The notes: generated by a model not told the origin, from the sequence alone. DNA of 63,665 nucleotides, filler included, from Rhabdomonas costata (GCA_019059605.1; 50 parts of 50 records of this genome joined end to end with filler, not necessarily neighbours in it), one strand, 5' to 3'; shown: positions 48,380 to 60,840, counted from the first letter of the whole stretch. Program-made: numbers and translations.

Positions 48380-50375
48380 NNNNNNNNNNNNNNNNNNNNN
48401 NNNNNNNNNNNNNNNNNNNNNNNTTAATTAATTAANNNNNNNNNNNNNNNNNNNNNNNNNNNNNNNNNNNNNNNNNNNNTTTGTCTTTTTGCAGCTGTGA
48501 CGAGTGGTGCCACCTCCAGCAGCTCGAGCAGCAGTAGTAGCAGTAGCAGCGGTGGTGGGGGTGCCGGCGTTTTCTCGTTTGCATCGATTCCGCCAGGTTT
48601 ATATATGGTCCATTCTGCCTCTTGAATTGGATCCTTCTCCTATCTTGACTCTTCTAATGTCTTTCAACTGCAACTCATTTGTTCTGTTCTGCTTACCCTC
48701 TCCTTAGTCTTCTCAGGTCGCATTCCCGAAATGATGAAATGTGGAGGGGATATTTTGACTCAAATCTTCCCCATAAACGTTGGATCACTCCCCACATTGT
48801 TCTCCTAAGACCGAAGTTGGCACAGAACCAAAAGGCCCTGCAACGTGCATCGTACCTTAAGCTGGATTTGCCGGTCCATGCTTGGTGAATATGCTGGTGC
48901 CCCTCCTTGGACTCGACAGAGACAATGCGCCAAAACTGCTGACGTATTGGAAACAGACGGCGAAAAGCCGCATCCCCAATAGCTGCACCTTCACCAGGAT
49001 GTTCCCAGTGTACCAACACTGCGTAGGTATGATGTGTGCACTGGTGGAATTTTATCATTTTACACGCCGAAACGCTGAAACCGAAACGCACAGAGACACA
49101 AGCAGAAACATTGCTGAAGCCCCCTCGTCCGCTGTATTTTTAGTTTGTTTGCTCACAGCACCTGCCTTAGCGAGTGCCAGCAGTAGCAGCGGCAGCTCTG
49201 GGGGGTTCTCATTTGGCTCTGTGCCAGGTGTTCCTCGCGCACCCGTCATTTCCATGTGGGTTCCCAAAAAGTTCAATGTAATATTGGAAGGTGGCATGCT
49301 GGATCCAAGTCCTCTCTAAAAATAACTAAGAATACAGTGAATGAAAAGAAGACCATTGGATTTCGGGGAACCACTTTACGAGTTTTTAGTACTAGTTACC
49401 ATCCCGAGCGCGTCTCCCTCGTCACCCAAAGCTCAATCACCGGAATACACTGCACTGCCTTGTGAAGATGTTGTGCTCAAATGGAGAGTTTCCTTCGGGG
49501 GACCCAGAACTGGGACTAGAGAACAACTGTCATTTTGATGTAACGGTGTAACTTCGTTGACCCAACGTCTGGGCCTTTTGTACCCAAACTCACACGAAAC
49601 GCTTCGATGTCGCAGCCTCGGCTTCCTCCAGCAGCGGGGCCCCCTCGGGTGGGTTNNNNNNNNNNNNNNNNNNNNNNNNNNNNNNNNNNNNNNNNNNNNT
49701 TAATTAATTAANNNNNNNNNNNNNNNNNNNNNNNNNNNNNNNNNNNNNNNNNNNNTGTTTGGACCGGGAAGGAGGGAAAGGTGGAAACAAACCATATCCC
49801 CAACTCCACTGCCTCTCAAACCATCCGACCCCTCACACACGAAAGACGCACCGCGGTGTACGCGACAATCAAGCGCCCCAGGAACTCCGCATTGACTGGG
49901 ACGTTCTCCTCAGCGATGATCTTTCGCAGCTGAAAAAGCACAGACAGTTTGATCTTTGAGGGACAACAAAATGCAAAAACACGGGCTGCTTACATGCAGT
50001 CACACTTGGTGCGAGGACACACCCCCACACACCCACACACTTGGTGCACTGGACAAGGATGATTTTTGTCTGGGAGGACTCGAGGTCCACTTCCCCCATG
50101 GACTCCCACTTTTCGATGCATGGGCCCATCGAGCCTCACACTCTTGTCGGTCCATGATACCTTGTCCCGCTGTCTTGTTAGGGTTGAATTACCCCATGTG
50201 ACTCCCAATCCACAGTGTACGCGGGGCCTTGGGAACCCAGAATGGCGCGTTTAGAGATCACTTTGTGGGTACCCAACCTTCCGCGCTCGTACACTTCCCC
50301 TTGTGCTCCATTGCCCTTGTTGGTTTGGGTCCTCCATCTCCCCCCCCCCCCACACACACACAATGGGGGCCGCAC

Positions 50376-50489
50376 ATTTTGGATTCCGGTGAGCGACTTC
50401 TTTTCAGTGTAGTAGGCGATCAGAGGCTCGAGCGTCCTTGCATGGGGCTTCACCTGTGCGGCCCTCATCGTCCGGAGAACTTTCAGAGC
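50376..50489 (-). CDS. Pentatricopeptide-repeat (PPR) protein exon
   Basis: ctcag| ALKVLRTMRAAQVKPHARTLEPLIAYYTEKKSLTGIQN |gtgcgg, matching A..l...M...gv.P...T...li..y. Confidence 0.65.
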
Positions 50490-51609
50490 CTGAGAACAAC
50501 ACGGCAAAATAAACGCATTCCTGACCCAAGTAATCTTCAACGCACCTTTCCCTTCGAATAAAGACATTCTTTACCTTTTTCTTGTGCAGCTTCTTTCCCC
50601 AGCGCAGCGGAAGGTTTATCGACGGCACCCACAGCGTATGAACAAAGCACCCACCTGCCTCTATCCCCGCGAAAGAGGGCCCAGGCAAATGGCTCTTTGC
50701 CGCCAAAATCACACGGTCTATCGCAGCGGTATTGGCGACCTTGCCAGCCCTGCCACAGGGCGTCCTGATGTAGTTGACCTGGGGTTCTTGGGTAACAGGC
50801 AGTTTCCTCACAGGCCCGGAACCAACCCGCACAACTGGCGGATCAGTAGCATATCGCAGGCTGCGGGCCCATGTCCTCCGAGAAGATCCGCTGACCAATG
50901 CTCGGCGCCAGCTCCTCCGTCCCCCCCACACNNNNNNNNNNNNNNNNNNNNNNNNNNNNNNNNNNNNNNNNNNNNTTAATTAATTAANNNNNNNNNNNNN
51001 NNNNNNNNNNNNNNNNNNNNNNNNNNNNNNNGACTTCGTTTTTCAGGCTTTGAAGCTGGGGAACCTTACCAGGTTCCGCACTTGCAAAAGGAAGAAGTCG
51101 GAATCAATTTAGAGGCGTTTATTTTGTTTCCTCTGTGTATGTTTGGTGTAGTTTAGTTATGCGTCCCAGTCAAAGTTTTGACAGGAAAGTGCCATTGGTT
51201 TTAGTATTTTGCGCAGCTTTTCCCAGAGTTCCCGGAACAGAAAAAAAAACGTGACCAAACCCTGCGGTAAGGAAAAAAAAATCAGGGAAACCCTGAAAAT
51301 TTGGTATGCGTGCAGTGAATGTCCTGCTAATGAATGCCGGATGAAATTGCGAGAACGAGGCTAAATTTTTGAGAATTAATACTGGAATGAAAATTCAACG
51401 GGAAATGAACGGGAATAAAAACGACGTCAAAAGCGATGACGCGCAGAAAATGCTGCTAGCATACAATATCGACCTTGTCTTTTCAAGTGTGACAGTGTGG
51501 CATCGAGTACCTTTCTGTCACCACGGAGGGGCTTCGGGCATCTTACGGTGAAATGGAACAAGAACCGACAATTGCTTTCTGCATTTCCAAGCGTTAGCAG
51601 CGAAACAAC

Positions 51610-52062
51610 CTGAACAGGCTCGTCCGTAGCTCCTCGGTCCCAGTCAAACCCTTCCGGAGGCCCGTAGTTACCTTCGTAGCAGCCCGTGAGGCCCGCAAAA
51701 ACCTGCAAACAGGCGCTGCCAAACGACTGACACAAAAGTACATCCGTTCTGTGACTACAATGACTATGTTTGAAAAACAGAAATTCCCCGAAAGCAGCTC
51801 TTCTATCCATGTTGAATGTCTGGCGTCCCAATCGGTTTCACCTGTCACTACGTTTTTTTGCAGGGGAGCACATGCAAACCTCAGTAGAGGTTCCCAGCGA
51901 AGGGGAAGCTCTCCAAATGAACTCCGCCGCTCGCTGCTGCCGGCGCAACTCCAGATCCTGGTAGTCAATCCGACCAAAAAACAGAGCAGAGAAACCCACC
52001 TCAGCAGAGAGAAGTGCGGCTTGGGTCGAGGAGTGTCCAAAAGGGTCCAGCTGCCACCCCAC
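51610..52062 (-). CDS. MAN2B1: GH38 lysosomal-type alpha-mannosidase, 2 exons
   Basis: Exons 52062-51880 and 51702-51610: VGWQLDPFGHSSTQAALL...FFGRIDYQD...EFIWRASPSLG...-VFAG...NYGPPEGFDWD...DEPVQ, including the catalytic W..DPFGHS motif. Confidence 0.95.
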
Positions 52063-53048
52063 CTGAAAGGATCGGCGCGCAGAAAAAACAGGATACACAG
52101 TGAGGGCGTATACGACCAGCAAATAAAAAGCCTTTTTTACTCAAATCCCCTTAGGAGGAGATGCACCCATGCCCATCTCTCCTCCACCCCCCAAAAACAC
52201 CCAACANNNNNNNNNNNNNNNNNNNNNNNNNNNNNNNNNNNNNNNNNNNNTTAATTAATTAANNNNNNNNNNNNNNNNNNNNNNNNNNNNNNNNNNNNNN
52301 NNNNNNGGGTGTTTTTTATCCTCTGAGGCACATGCCTCGAGAGGCCTGGGTTTGATCGATCGTGTGAAATTTATCCTTACCGTTTTGTGGTGGCGACCGA
52401 GCGCTGTGCTTTTGTCAAATATCGCGGTGAAACCTGGCCCCCAAGGACGGCCTTGCCGAGGGAATCCTTCAGCATTTGAATGCTCGTGGTTTCAAGAGGC
52501 TGCGCCTTACCGTATGTTTCGAGTGCACCTCATTCTCATGTCATTGTGATCCTCCTGCTAGACTGTCTGCCAACCTCGGGTTCAGGTTTCGTCATGGACG
52601 TGCGGTTTTTAGAACCATTGATCTTTTGACCGTGTATCCAGCTGTCCTGGTTCATCTGGGTCCGCATCTTGCTCTCCTCGCAGGTATCTTGATGAGCTCC
52701 GTCTATGGTGCATTGCGGTTCCTCCCGCGGAAATTCTAGCGCACAGTTCAACTAGGTCCTCCACGTCCCTTCCATGTCTTTGTTGGTTGCTACTGCTTAT
52801 TCTCTTGTTCTTCTTCGGGCCTTCAGAGAAATACGTTCAAATGCCTTCCTGCCACCACAACTGCTTCCACCACCGCCGTGAAGACACCGGTGCGCAACCA
52901 TCGGGTGCATGGAGGGTTGACCGCCTCCTTAACCCCTATTGTCACCGCCCGAAACAGAACGATTTGGCTCTTGTCGTTCGAACCCTCGGCACCCTCCCGG
53001 TTTGCCCCCTTCAGTGTCAGTCGTGTACATTCGTCACCTGTCATTTAG

Positions 53049-53481
53049 GATCCCTGACAATACGTCGGGGCTGGTGGCCCAGTGGCACTTTGACGATGAG
53101 ACCGACCCCGCGGATGGCCTCACCGCGGTCTCTGCCCAGGGCTACACCCTGAATCTCGCGGACATCGCCAACATCAACAACCTGGACTGCGGGGCCGGTG
53201 ACCGAGCCACCCACAGCGTGGTGGCCGCGCCGATCTCCCACACGCATAACCCCTACGTTGTGATCAGCTACATTCCCTTGAGCCGAGTGCAGATCCCGAT
53301 CTCGTTTAAGTTCACGCTGATCTCGCTTCCGAGCTGTGGGGAGCTTAGCGTTTTGAATGGATCATCGGCTGTGGGCGTCTTGGACACGGTTTCGGCGAAC
53401 TCCACGCTAGTGTTCTACTGCAACGACTCGTCGTTCAGCTCTGGGGAGGTTGTGTACCACTAGCGTGGAGTTCGCCAAAAC
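53049..53481 (+). CDS. Extracellular protein exon: LamG/pentraxin-like strand plus Ig/cadherin-like segment
   Basis: ttag| IPDNTSGLVAQWHFDD...; later FTLISLPSCGEL...TLVFY. The TAG at 53461 lies in the error-prone contig tail. Confidence 0.55.
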
Positions 53482-53650
53482 NNNNNNNNNNNNNNNNNNN
53501 NNNNNNNNNNNNNNNNNNNNNNNNNTTAATTAATTAANNNNNNNNNNNNNNNNNNNNNNNNNNNNNNNNNNNNNNNNNNNNTTGTTGTTTGACTTCCCTT
53601 GGATCAAAACATTCAAAATAATTCCTGTTGCAAATTTAGTCCGGGTACAG

Positions 53651-53731
53651 TTGCTTGTTGTGGTGGGGTCGGTCAACACCGACCGAACGGGCCAGGTTGT
53701 TGCCGTGAGAGCTTGGTACAAGAAGAAGCTG
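53651..53731 (+). CDS. Micro-exon of an unknown protein
   Basis: acag| LLVVVGSVNTDRTGQVVAVRAWYKKKL |gtgcgt. Confidence 0.4.
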
Positions 53732-54969
53732 GTGCGTCAAAAACAGTGTACAAGAAGGAGTGCGAGAGAGATCAGAGGGGGATGAACAAAACGTGAAAAA
53801 AGAATGGCAAACCATTGCAAACGAGGAAACAAAGCAAAGGGCACTATGTAAAAGTTCAGCAGTTCTAAATTGAAGAATGTATTCGTGGGAAATGAGCCAC
53901 GGCGAGGAGGTGCGGGCCCCCACGAACACAGATCAGGTCATTTCCTTGTTTTGCTAATTTCCCAAAAAACCCTTCATCCTTGCAAAAGCATTCTTCGCAC
54001 CGAGCGGAAGTTCTCCGTCCATCGAAGTTGCCGTGTTATGCTTTTGGACTGCCTTTGTGAGCGTTAAGCGGGCTGGTCCGGTTTCGACTGTCGACCGTAG
54101 ACATGATTACAGCGGGTTGTGGGACATCATTCGAATCCAGTAGCAGTCGCTGCGGAGGGTGTTATAATCCTTATATGAGTTTGTAGTGAAATTTGCTTGC
54201 GTCAGCGTTTTTGCAACTTGGAATGTGGTGGATTAGACCATCTTTGGAAAGAGATGATGGTTCTCTTCTGCAGGGAAAAGCCCTCTTTGGCTGGCGTACA
54301 TTTTCGAAGCTTAAGGGCTTAAGGGGGTTTTAGGGTGCGAGATAGTTGAAGAAAAAGACAAGAGATGGCCCCACGCTACAACACCAGCAGCCACCGCTGT
54401 TGGAAAATCCTACTCTATGGGACCATTCAAAAGCCAAAGCAATCCAAAGCAAAATGTGAAAGACATGGAACAGGACGGCAAAAAATGCAATCGAAACACA
54501 AGGCAAGAATTAGAAGAATGAAAAGGAGATTTTTTGAAAGGAACAAACATTGCACTATTTTGAATTTATCAAACTTCAGGAAGGCATTAAAAATTCGCAT
54601 TAACTGATTTCCTAGCAAATTTGTGTTTGCTGTTGGGGACGAAAATGGCTATGAGGATGGTAAAATCATACTTCCTAAGTTTAATAGAGAGCATGTGATG
54701 TTTTGGTATTAAATTATGGGTCGAATCATAGAATCATATATATTCTTTTCATGTGGNNNNNNNNNNNNNNNNNNNNNNNNNNNNNNNNNNNNNNNNNNNN
54801 TTAATTAATTAANNNNNNNNNNNNNNNNNNNNNNNNNNNNNNNNNNNNNNNNNNNNGTGTTTTTGTCCGTGACGGCAGGTGGTTATCAATGACAAAAATC
54901 GTTGCAGGCACACCGGCGTGCAGGTGGGCGGACGGTGCTCCAGCCTACAGTTCTTTCTCTTATCAGTAC

Positions 54970-55590
54970 GCAGGCCTGCAAAGGGACCAAAAAGGGCCCT
55001 TGCAAGCCTGTGTGAAGGCAAAAGAAGGGCTCAAAAATACCCCAAAACGGCCCTGAAATGGCCTCTAGCGTGGCTCTAAACCGAAGCATTCCGGCCCACT
55101 CCGGTGCCAGCATGAAGAACTCCTGGGCTCTACCCTTAGATGCTAAGCAGGCCCGCCGAAAGCTTAGCTCGTATGCAGGCCTGCAAGGCCAAAAGTGCAC
55201 CCGGGGCCCTTGAAATTGGAAAATGCCCTTAAATGGGCGAAAATGGGACCTTGATAGGGCCGTATCTCGGCGAAGAGAAGGACTCCGAGGCCTGGAAGCG
55301 GCCAACCAACTCATCTCAGGAGTACTATCATACCACCAAATATGAGCCCCAACCCGTCTCTCTAGCTCGAGTTCTGAGGTCAATGTTAGGTCTCCGGTCC
55401 GGTCCGGTCCGGTCCGGGAGTGACGGTCCGGTCGGGTCCGGGAGTGACCATGGCGGATGTCATCCAGAGAATACGGCGAGGTTTTGGGCCGAAGAAAGTG
55501 GTCCTACCCCCCCATTTCCGATGAGGCCCCCGACGATTGGTGAGGTTCGAGGCCGAGGCCGGCTGGAGAGGCTAGATAGGCCCACCTGGT
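54970..55590 (+). mobile_element. Interspersed repeat with a (GGTCC)n microsatellite, Helentron/HINE-like
   Basis: Core ...ACCAAATATGAGCCC...TCTAGCTCGAGTTCTGAG, then (GGTCC)n at ~55394-55441, then ACCATGGC. The 33 bp at 55555-55587 recur with 2 mismatches at 11488-11520 on another contig. Confidence 0.45.
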
Positions 55591-56657
55591 AGAACCCCCA
55601 GAACAGCGATAAGAGAAAGAACTGTAACTATAAGAACTGTAAAGAACTGTAATTGTAACTGTAAGGGAAAGTCAGGAGAAAGAGATCGAGAGTTGGAGCG
55701 TTAGAGAGTGCTGGCAGGCACGGCATATATCTACTGCGTGGAAGCTGCACACGCTTGGCAGGGTGCTCAGGGTCTTCACAGACTTTGCCGCTGCATATAT
55801 CATCACTCAGACTTGCTATGGCAAGTCCACAGCGTGACAATCAGCATGCCGCACGCACCACAAAGCGGAACGAAAATTCCCCAAAAGCGAACCTGCAGTG
55901 ACCCCACACGACGGAAAGGACGAATTAACCAGCTGCGGACACACCATAGGCGAATTTTTTCTTTAAGTTTAAGATTAAGATGGCAAAAGTAAATCGCAAC
56001 AGCACAAACGCTTCCCACCACAATNNNNNNNNNNNNNNNNNNNNNNNNNNNNNNNNNNNNNNNNNNNNTTAATTAATTAANNNNNNNNNNNNNNNNNNNN
56101 NNNNNNNNNNNNNNNNNNNNNNNNGGGGGTGGGGTGGTACGGATACTGTCAGGAACAAAAGTTGGCTCGAATCCATATCACGGTCTAACACGCTGGTCTC
56201 GATTAGGCGTTAAGATAAAGGCAACTCTGGCCCCACCCCAACCAGGACTTCCCCTGTGAAACATGGGGGCCAGCAGGTGCCTGGTTGGGGACATAAGTTG
56301 CCTCGGCGCGCTTAAATGGCGGGAGTCTCGTTCCGTGGTGAAACTTTGCATGCTACTGGAAAGGCTCAAGCACGGGGGATTCTTTAGTAGCCCCTTTCCA
56401 CGGTTCACCTACCTCGAAGTGTGTTTTGACAAACTTTGCAGGCCTCACTAACAATTGTATTGATGGAAAATGACGGGTGCATGTGCATATGGGAAGAACG
56501 TATCTCGACTGGGCAGCGCATGATGTGACTTGCCTTCTGTTACAAACCAAAAGAGCCACCACTCGGCATCCACCCAAACGCATACGCACGCGCATGTCCA
56601 CCACATTCGCGGGCATCGCCCGCCCGCCCGCCCGCACATAAACACATGCACACACAC

Positions 56658-56893
56658 CTGGTGATGTCGTTGGTCGGGTCCAGTGGGTCGACCAACACAA
56701 GGCGCTCCTCCGGGCCATGGTGGGGCCACGTGGGGGCGGCGAGGTGGGCGGCCAGGACCTCTCGAGGGGTCAGCGGGGCCTCCGGGCTGCCCGGGGTGAA
56801 TGCACAGCTGAGGTCCGCCGTGCACAGGAACCACAGTAGCTGGACCATCAGCGCGCCCACCGTGCCAGGGTCCTTCTCATCCACCACCACGGC
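56658..56893 (-). CDS. Pol-beta-type nucleotidyltransferase, PAP/OAS1 substrate-binding domain exon
   Basis: TVGALMVQLLWFLCTADLSCAF...EERLVLVDPLDPTNDITR. The l.l.DP.dP.N.i motif is shared by TRF4-like PAPs, OAS, Nrap and archaeal CCA enzymes. Confidence 0.6.
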
Positions 56894-58406
56894 CTGCCCA
56901 AAGGCAGCCACGCACGATGCCGGACCCAATGATGCAGTGGGAGGTCATGGACGCAAATCAACACAAAAAACTGGGGCAGGCAGCGACCTAAGTGTAGGGC
57001 TGGGGAGAAAACAGTACAGCCTACATATCGCGGTGACCGTGATATAAAAAACACAAACTCGCATGCACGCCCAGCGCACTACGTGCTTGAGTTGGTGTTG
57101 TGTCTCCAGGAGCTTTTGTGCCTTTTTTCCCACTGCCTGACCGGGGTGCAGCTCTCCCCTCTGCTGCTGGGCGGTGATTCTTGGGATCATTGGCGCGTTA
57201 ATCTGTGGCCCTAAGGAGCTCCCGCGTGACATTCCGCTTGGAAATTTGCCCAAGTGCCCAAACCCTTGGATCCGGGAGGTTATGCATGTGCAACGCTCGN
57301 NNNNNNNNNNNNNNNNNNNNNNNNNNNNNNNNNNNNNNNNNNNTTAATTAATTAANNNNNNNNNNNNNNNNNNNNNNNNNNNNNNNNNNNNNNNNNNNNG
57401 TGTGGGTTGGAGATCTGGTGCAGAGATGTTCCAGAGGACGAGTTACACGGGTGATTTTTCACAGTTTTCTAGAGCTGGACCGTCATGAGTGATCGGCCGT
57501 CGCCCGTATGTTGGGACGTTCTCCGTCCTAGCAGATGAGCGTTTAACGGTCCAGGTCACCAAGGTGTTCCTCATTCCAGAGGTAGACAGCCAGGACATCA
57601 AGGTGTTTCCAGAGACTAGTTTCCAGAGGTTTCATGCGGATTCCAGAGAGCCGACAAGGTGAGCGGAGACGGATCTCAGCCTCTCGTGAGCCGTATCCTG
57701 GCCAAACGCCAATTCAGGCTACCTATCAACAGCCGGGCGATAGAGCAGAGAAGAGTAGGGCCAGGTGAGATACGGATGGCCGATAGAGTGACAGTGTGGG
57801 AAGACCCCGGGTGAGACAGAGAGCCAGGCCACGGGATGGAGGCCGCATGGAAGGGGAATGCGAGCACACGACCCGACTGCAGCGATTCAGGTGGTATGTT
57901 TTCGGAGTGTTTCAGAGGAATAAGGATGCATACACATGTGAAAGAGACGAGGAGGCCGAGATTTCATAGAATTTTTACAGACAAGGCCTCACCGGATGCA
58001 TGCGGAGAAGACGCACAGTGTGTTGTGTTACACAGCGGCAGTTTTTGAAAGGTTAGGGTCCCTTCTTTTGTCTATGATTTCAAAATTTACCTCAGGTGTT
58101 GATGAAATCCAAAAATTCTTCAGATCGTTTGTTTTCCAGAGTGTTTTTCTCGTTGCTTTTCGCCTTTTGTTGTTACAGGGGTGCATTAAAAGAACCACAG
58201 CAGAGCCGCAGGCCAGAGCCGAGCGGAGACCATGAGGGCCTTGCAGAGGGTACAGAGGCGGTGTGTTTGCAGAGCGTGATGGTGGGAACACTGCAGAGTT
58301 ACACAGGACATGGTGTGTGTAGTCGTGTGCTACTTCCACATCCTTCGCTTTGGTTGGGATATCGGGAAAAGGCATAAGCGGCGAGACCCGCACAGCGGAA
58401 CCCCTC

Positions 58407-58575
58407 TCCTTCTCATGCACTAGGTAGTTTTTCTCTGCAGTGGACAGCTTTTTGGAACAATACGCCACCAAGTGCATCTTTCCATCTTCACCTTGTTGCG
58501 AAATTGTGTCTTCAATCCACACATCTGAAGCATCCGTGTGAAGCACCATTGGCATCTTAAAATCTGGCACGACCA
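58407..58575 (-). mobile_element. Ty3/gypsy LTR retrotransposon RNase H remnant
   Basis: PDFKMPMVLHTDASDVWIEDTISQQGEDGKMHLVAYCSKKLSTAEKNYLVHEKE carries the TDAS, vAy.SkkL...e.NY and EkE motifs. Similarity breaks off after EKE. Confidence 0.92.
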
Positions 58576-59080
58576 NNNNNNNNNNNNNNNNNNNNNNNNN
58601 NNNNNNNNNNNNNNNNNNNTTAATTAATTAANNNNNNNNNNNNNNNNNNNNNNNNNNNNNNNNNNNNNNNNNNNNTTGTGTGGGTCAACACGCAGAATCA
58701 CTTTGCCATTAGCTCCTTTCCATGTGGCCTGGGGTCCTTACTTGCTTGCTTGTTTTCTTTCTCCTTTTCCCTCCATCTTTCCTTTTCCGTTTCTTCGAAA
58801 TCCTCAACCTTTTACACTGTAAAAAGGCACCACTTCGGGCATCTGCTGAAGATGCACTTCTTGTGCGCCAAAGATATTGAAGCAGGAAATCTGCGACATT
58901 GTGGACTTTGTTCTTCCATCAGCTTTGTCTGCAGTCCCTGCTTATCATTAGCCTGTGTGTGCGAGGCGGGGAAACCTCAAGGATGTGGAAGGAGGTATCG
59001 AGCAGGTCCGTTCGCAAGGGATGTCCTCTCTGACTCCCACTGTGATTTCCAATGTTCATCATTTCGTTGGCAGTTCACAG

Positions 59081-59211
59081 CCTTTCCGAGGGGGTCAACC
59101 TGTTCCCGTGCCGCGCGGTGCGCAGCCTGACCCGGTTCCTCGTGGAGAAGATCCGCCAGATCGGCGTGGAGATCCCTGAGGACCTTGTGCCGCCCGAAAA
59201 CATGGCTACGC
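59081..59211 (+). CDS. Internal exon of an unknown protein
   Basis: acag| LSEGVNLFPCRAVRSLTRFLVEKIRQIGVEIPEDLVPPENMATR |gtggct, with GC3-rich codons. Confidence 0.55.
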
Positions 59212-59952
59212 GGTGGCTACCCTCCCCCCCATTCCACTCCCACCCTTTGACTCGAGCTTTACCGAACTTTCCTCCACTCTGTTGGTTTTCTAAAACTCGG
59301 GGCGAAACTGAAGACTCTGCTGGGGCGGGAATTGGTTTCTGGGTTTGAGATGGTGAAGTGTTATTACTGTACCATCTTCCGTGCCTCCCTCCCCTCCTTG
59401 CACCCGATTGCTTCGACCTCCATAGCAGCCACTTAAGGCACGAGCGTGCGGTGGCATCCCGCAATCGCACCGTTTTCATGCCTCTGCTCCCGTCATAAAG
59501 CATGCAACGGAACTGAAGCGCAGGAGCTGTCCAGCCTGTCCCGCTTCAGTAACCCATGTTTGCCTCCTTCTGTTGTGGTTGCTCTACTGTCTACTGTCTC
59601 GCTCAGGCGCGTGCGCGCGCGAGGCGAGAACCACAAAACAAAAGCGGAACTTCTTCAGCATACATAAATACCTGCCCAGGAAAAGGGGCCCACCAGTGTC
59701 ATGTTTTTGGTTTTGGACAGAAAGAAGAAAAGTGTATCGACGGAACCAGCGAGAATGAAAAAACAGAAAAATGAAGAAAAGATGTCCCTTGTATGTATAT
59801 ATGCGCAAAACGGCTTGTATCCCTGGTGCGCTGACCGACCACCCCCCCCCNNNNNNNNNNNNNNNNNNNNNNNNNNNNNNNNNNNNNNNNNNNNTTAATT
59901 AATTAANNNNNNNNNNNNNNNNNNNNNNNNNNNNNNNNNNNNNNNNNNNNGG

Positions 59953-60079
59953 TGTGGGGGGCTGAGAGTCAGCGTGAACACCTTATTCACTGCCACGCCA
60001 CCACGAGCTCCGTGGGGGAGTTCTTCTCGGCCTGCGGGGCAGTGAATAAGGTGTTCACGCTGACTCTCAGCCCCCCACA
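59953..60079. repeat. Fold-back inverted repeat copying coding sequence (42-bp arms)
   Basis: 59953-59994 is the reverse complement of 60038-60079, which lies inside the RRM exon. Confidence 0.9.
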
Positions 60080-60840
60080 GCCTCCGCTGTGGCTGGTGGA
60101 GATGGCCGACGAGGTCCGTCCTTCTTCTCTGCGCCATCGCTCTCTACCGTACGTCCATGGGATGCAGTAATCCCCTTTTAAGGCTCCAAAGAGGAACCAA
60201 AACAGAAAAGAGGGAAAGTCCCAAGCTTTTTTTAGGGGGGGGGGCAGGAGTATAAGACGTTCGATTCTGATATAGATTTGGAATGGATAAAAGCACGAGA
60301 AAGCGAAGGGGCTGAGTAGGGCCCCAAGAAACCTTAACTTCAGAAAGTTGAGATTGGTACCCCGGTCGTTTGCAACACTATTTGATAAACAGCGCTGGGT
60401 TTTTCGATTTTACTGAAATTTCTTCGACCAAAGCAAGCTGTGGACCTATTGCGCCCCGATAAGATGGCTGGATTTGGTTTCGACGGTGTGTAGTTTACAA
60501 GGGTTTGGTGAGGTGGGGACCAGACCTCTGGACAGGAATTCAATCCTCCGCAGAAATGCAGAGCGGAAGCTCAGAAGGCTTCCCTGCACTCCAAGGTTGT
60601 AACCATCGCACTGCTGCAGCACCACCTGGCTTTGTGTAGTTTCTCTGTGTGTTGGATTAATAGGTGGGGCGGCAGCAGGCTGGCCTGCTTAACGGTTGTG
60701 CATTTGTGGACGGCCGGCTGACGGTGATCCCCGTGGTCAGCTCCACCTTGCACTCCGCCATGGCTACCGCCTCGTGCCGGCTGGGCTCCTTGCTTAGCTC
60801 GGGTGCCTCGGGCGATGCCGCCACCCGAACCATTCATGTG
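59995..60840 (+). CDS. RNA-binding protein with tandem RRM domains, 2 exons
   Basis: Exons ~59995-60113 and 60664-60840 join in phase 0: ATTSSVGEFFSACGAVNKV...WLVEMADE-VGRQQAGLLNGCAFVDGRLTV...DAATRTIHV. Confidence 0.7.

Noticed and set aside
53461..53463. TAG as the true stop or as a recoded codon
   Set aside because: It lies within ~20 nt of the contig end. A one-base indel restores a plausible frame (TTSVEFA), so it is likely a terminal error.
2797..55663. Short tandem repeats: (GTGACAT)3 ~2797, (TCAC)n ~14655 and ~21035, (CTATCT)n ~22342, (TTTGCA)4 ~31066, (TTTAGAACC)n ~36670, (AACTGT)-rich ~55617
   Set aside because: Ordinary intronic or intergenic microsatellites with no further structure.
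57400..57720. TTCCAGAG-rich block as the LTR of the gypsy remnant
   Set aside because: No clear TG...CA boundaries, PPT or second LTR within the contig.
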